DNA from: Octopus sinensis | Taxonomy: Eukaryota | Direction of reading: 5' to 3' | DNA: 24,045 bases | NCBI RefSeq assembly: GCF_006345805.1 | Contig: NW_021836471.1 | Location: forward strand, 1 to 24,045 | In this document: in pieces, positions 22,131 through 24,045 of the stretch | Position numbering within the stretch: position 1 is the stretch's first letter | Layout: every line of letters begins with the position of its first letter | Translations under genes and position numbers: made by a program | The notes under the pieces: model-generated | Seen by the model: only the letters and a program-made list of their open reading frames with translations | Told to the model about the DNA's origin: nothing | Database searches by the model: none

Positions 22131-22255
22131 AGAATATAACTACCTATCTTTTCAACAAGTCTCTTATATCCGATTTATTATTATAAACCGATAAGATGAA
22201 ACGCAAAAATATAAGCGGAAAACACCAACCACACACACACACACACACATGCACA

Positions 22256-22289
<34 letters not shown>

Positions 22290-22396
22290 ACACACACACA
22301 CATATATATATACATATTTATGCGTTTGTATATTTGCAAATATGTATATATATATATAGTATATAATATATCGATTCATCTATGTAGACTTCTCTA

Positions 22397-22496
22397 TACA
22401 TACATACATACATACATACATACATACATACATACATACATACATACATACATACATACATACATACATACATACATACATACATACATACATACA

Positions 22497-22525
<29 letters not shown>
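22397..22525. repeat. (TACA)n microsatellite
   Basis: Directly visible. Confidence 0.95.
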
Positions 22526-22529
<4 letters not shown>

Positions 22530-22765
22530 GTATATTTTTAGAAATTAGAGGTGGATAATATCGCCCGTTATTGTTAGCTGTTTTAGCTTTTGACCTATTT
22601 TTATATGTGTGTGGGGTCTCAGTTGTCTTAATCTGGGTTCTCCTGGGGTTCTAGTATAGTGATTGTGTGATCTGTTCTGATTCTGATGGTTGGCATGTCG
22701 TTGTGAAATGTTTTAAGATAAATATAAGTGATAAAGAACGTCTTCAGTTGTGAATGATAATGGGA

Positions 22766-23066
22766 TTGCACCTGGAAAGTTCCCCTCCAAAGCACAAGTC
22801 CGGGCAAGGTTGTTCATGCAAGACAAGCAGTCGCCCATGCATACCAGCCTCCTCTCTTCAGATCACCAATGTTTTCCAAAGGAAAAGCAAAGGCCAATAC
22901 AGGTTGGTATCAGTAACATCGGAACTCATATCTGGGTGAACTGGAGCAAGGTTTAGAAAAATAAAATGTCACTCAAGAATACAACATACGACTCAGCCCA
23001 GGAATCGAACTCACTACCTCACGATTGTGAACCCGACACTGTAACCACTGAGCCAGGCGCCTTCAC
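22766..23066 (-). mobile_element. tRNA-derived SINE (CORE-like central block)
   Basis: Minus-strand head GTGAAGGCGCCTGGCTCAGTGG (A box) and GAGTTCGATTCC (B box); block 22932-22949 is shared with 23362-23379. The 3' boundary is approximate. Confidence 0.7.
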
Positions 23067-23161
23067 ACGAACTCACAGACATAGACACACACATATATAT
23101 GTGTGTGTGCGTTCGCATCTGCTATGTGTGTATAAAAATATGCATATAAATTTATGTGTAT

Positions 23162-23464
23162 CTGGTACTCCGTCGGTAACGACGACGAGTCTTCCAGTTG
23201 GTTCTATGAATGGAAGCGACTGCATGTGAAATTGACGCACAAGTGGCTGAGTACTCCACAGACACCTTTAACCTTTACGTAGTTCTCAGTGGGATTCGGT
23301 GCGACACAGAATGTGACAGGGCTGACCCCTTCGAAATACAGGTACTACTCATTTTTGCCAACTGAGTGGACTGGGGCAACGTGAAATAAAGTACCTTGCT
23401 CAAGGATACAACACGCAACAGGGAATCGAACTCATGGCTTTCGATTGGGAGCCGAATAGCCTTT
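23162..23464 (-). mobile_element. tRNA-derived SINE (CORE-like), 5' end eroded
   Basis: B box GAGTTCGATTCC followed by CCTTGAGCAAGGTACTT...TTGCCCCAGTCCACTCAG; 3' end shared with 3569-3636. Confidence 0.7.
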
Positions 23465-23539
23465 AGAAATTCGTAAAAAATATATATTCACATATATATA
23501 CATTTACACACATGTACACATATGTATATATATATATGT

Positions 23540-23735
23540 ATAAGGAGAGTTTACGAAAAAACAACAAAAGACGAAGACAGGTGGTGTACAAAACAAACAG
23601 ATGTATTAGTATAACGCTCAGGAATAGAAAAGTCTTTTACGTTTCCAGCCTACGCTCTTCTACAGAAAGTGACACAGAAAAAAACAAGGAGAGAAAAAAT
23701 TGTGTGTAGTGGGTAACGATCTATCAAGGCGTCTG
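23540..23735 (-). mobile_element. Probable Penelope-like terminal-repeat fragment with degenerate minimal hammerhead (23634-23669)
   Basis: Minus strand CUUU-CUGUAGA-AGAGC-GUAG-GCUG-GAAA-CG-UA-AAAG; flanked by TA-rich microsatellite on both sides. Boundaries approximate. Confidence 0.5.
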
Positions 23736-23764
23736 TATATTATATATGTATATGTATATATGTA

Positions 23765-23823
<59 letters not shown>

Positions 23824-23827
23824 ATAA

Positions 23828-24023
23828 TAAAACATTATTGGTGAATTGAAGAAATGGAGCTGAACGCAGATTGAACAGAAATCGTTTTATTTCATTCTAC
23901 ACGTGTTTCGAAAGGCACAAATTACCAAAATCCTGCCTTTCGAAACACGTGTAGAATGAAATAAAACGATTTCTGTTCAATCTGCGTTCAGCTCCATTTC
24001 TTCAATTCACCAATAATGTTTTA
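23828..24023. repeat. Perfect 90-bp inverted repeat with 16-nt spacer
   Basis: 23828-23917 is the exact reverse complement of 23934-24023; spacer CAAATTACCAAAATCC. Confidence 0.97.
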
Positions 24024-24045
24024 ATTTCAATTATCCGCACAAACG

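Noticed and set aside
24034-24045. TCCGCACAAACG resembling TCCGCACAAATG at 21716-21727
   Set aside because: Only 12 bp with a mismatch, same orientation, and cut off by the window edge; cannot be evaluated.

Overview
This is an AT-rich, microsatellite-dense, repeat-dominated eukaryotic window. The SINE and LINE families look like those of a coleoid cephalopod (Octopus-like); this is inferred from recalled repeat families, not from a database search. No complete protein-coding gene is supportable, and almost all listed ORFs are translations of simple repeats. The window contains several tRNA-derived SINEs (one with a perfect 19-bp target-site duplication) and two inverted, internally deleted mariner elements. 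It also contains a decayed R4/Dong-type restriction-like endonuclease fragment, fragments of an (AAT)n-tailed retroposon, Penelope-type minimal hammerhead remnants and three fold-back inverted repeats. The most interesting object is a ~3.9-kb head-to-tail array of ~830-860-bp non-coding units (11850-15744) set between (TA)n tracts. Each unit carries all three hammerhead ribozyme core segments, with complementary stems, in a non-circularly permuted (pseudoknotted) order. This suggests a retrozyme/Penelope-like element using a rearranged ribozyme. The stem II junction is non-canonical, so activity is untested inference.
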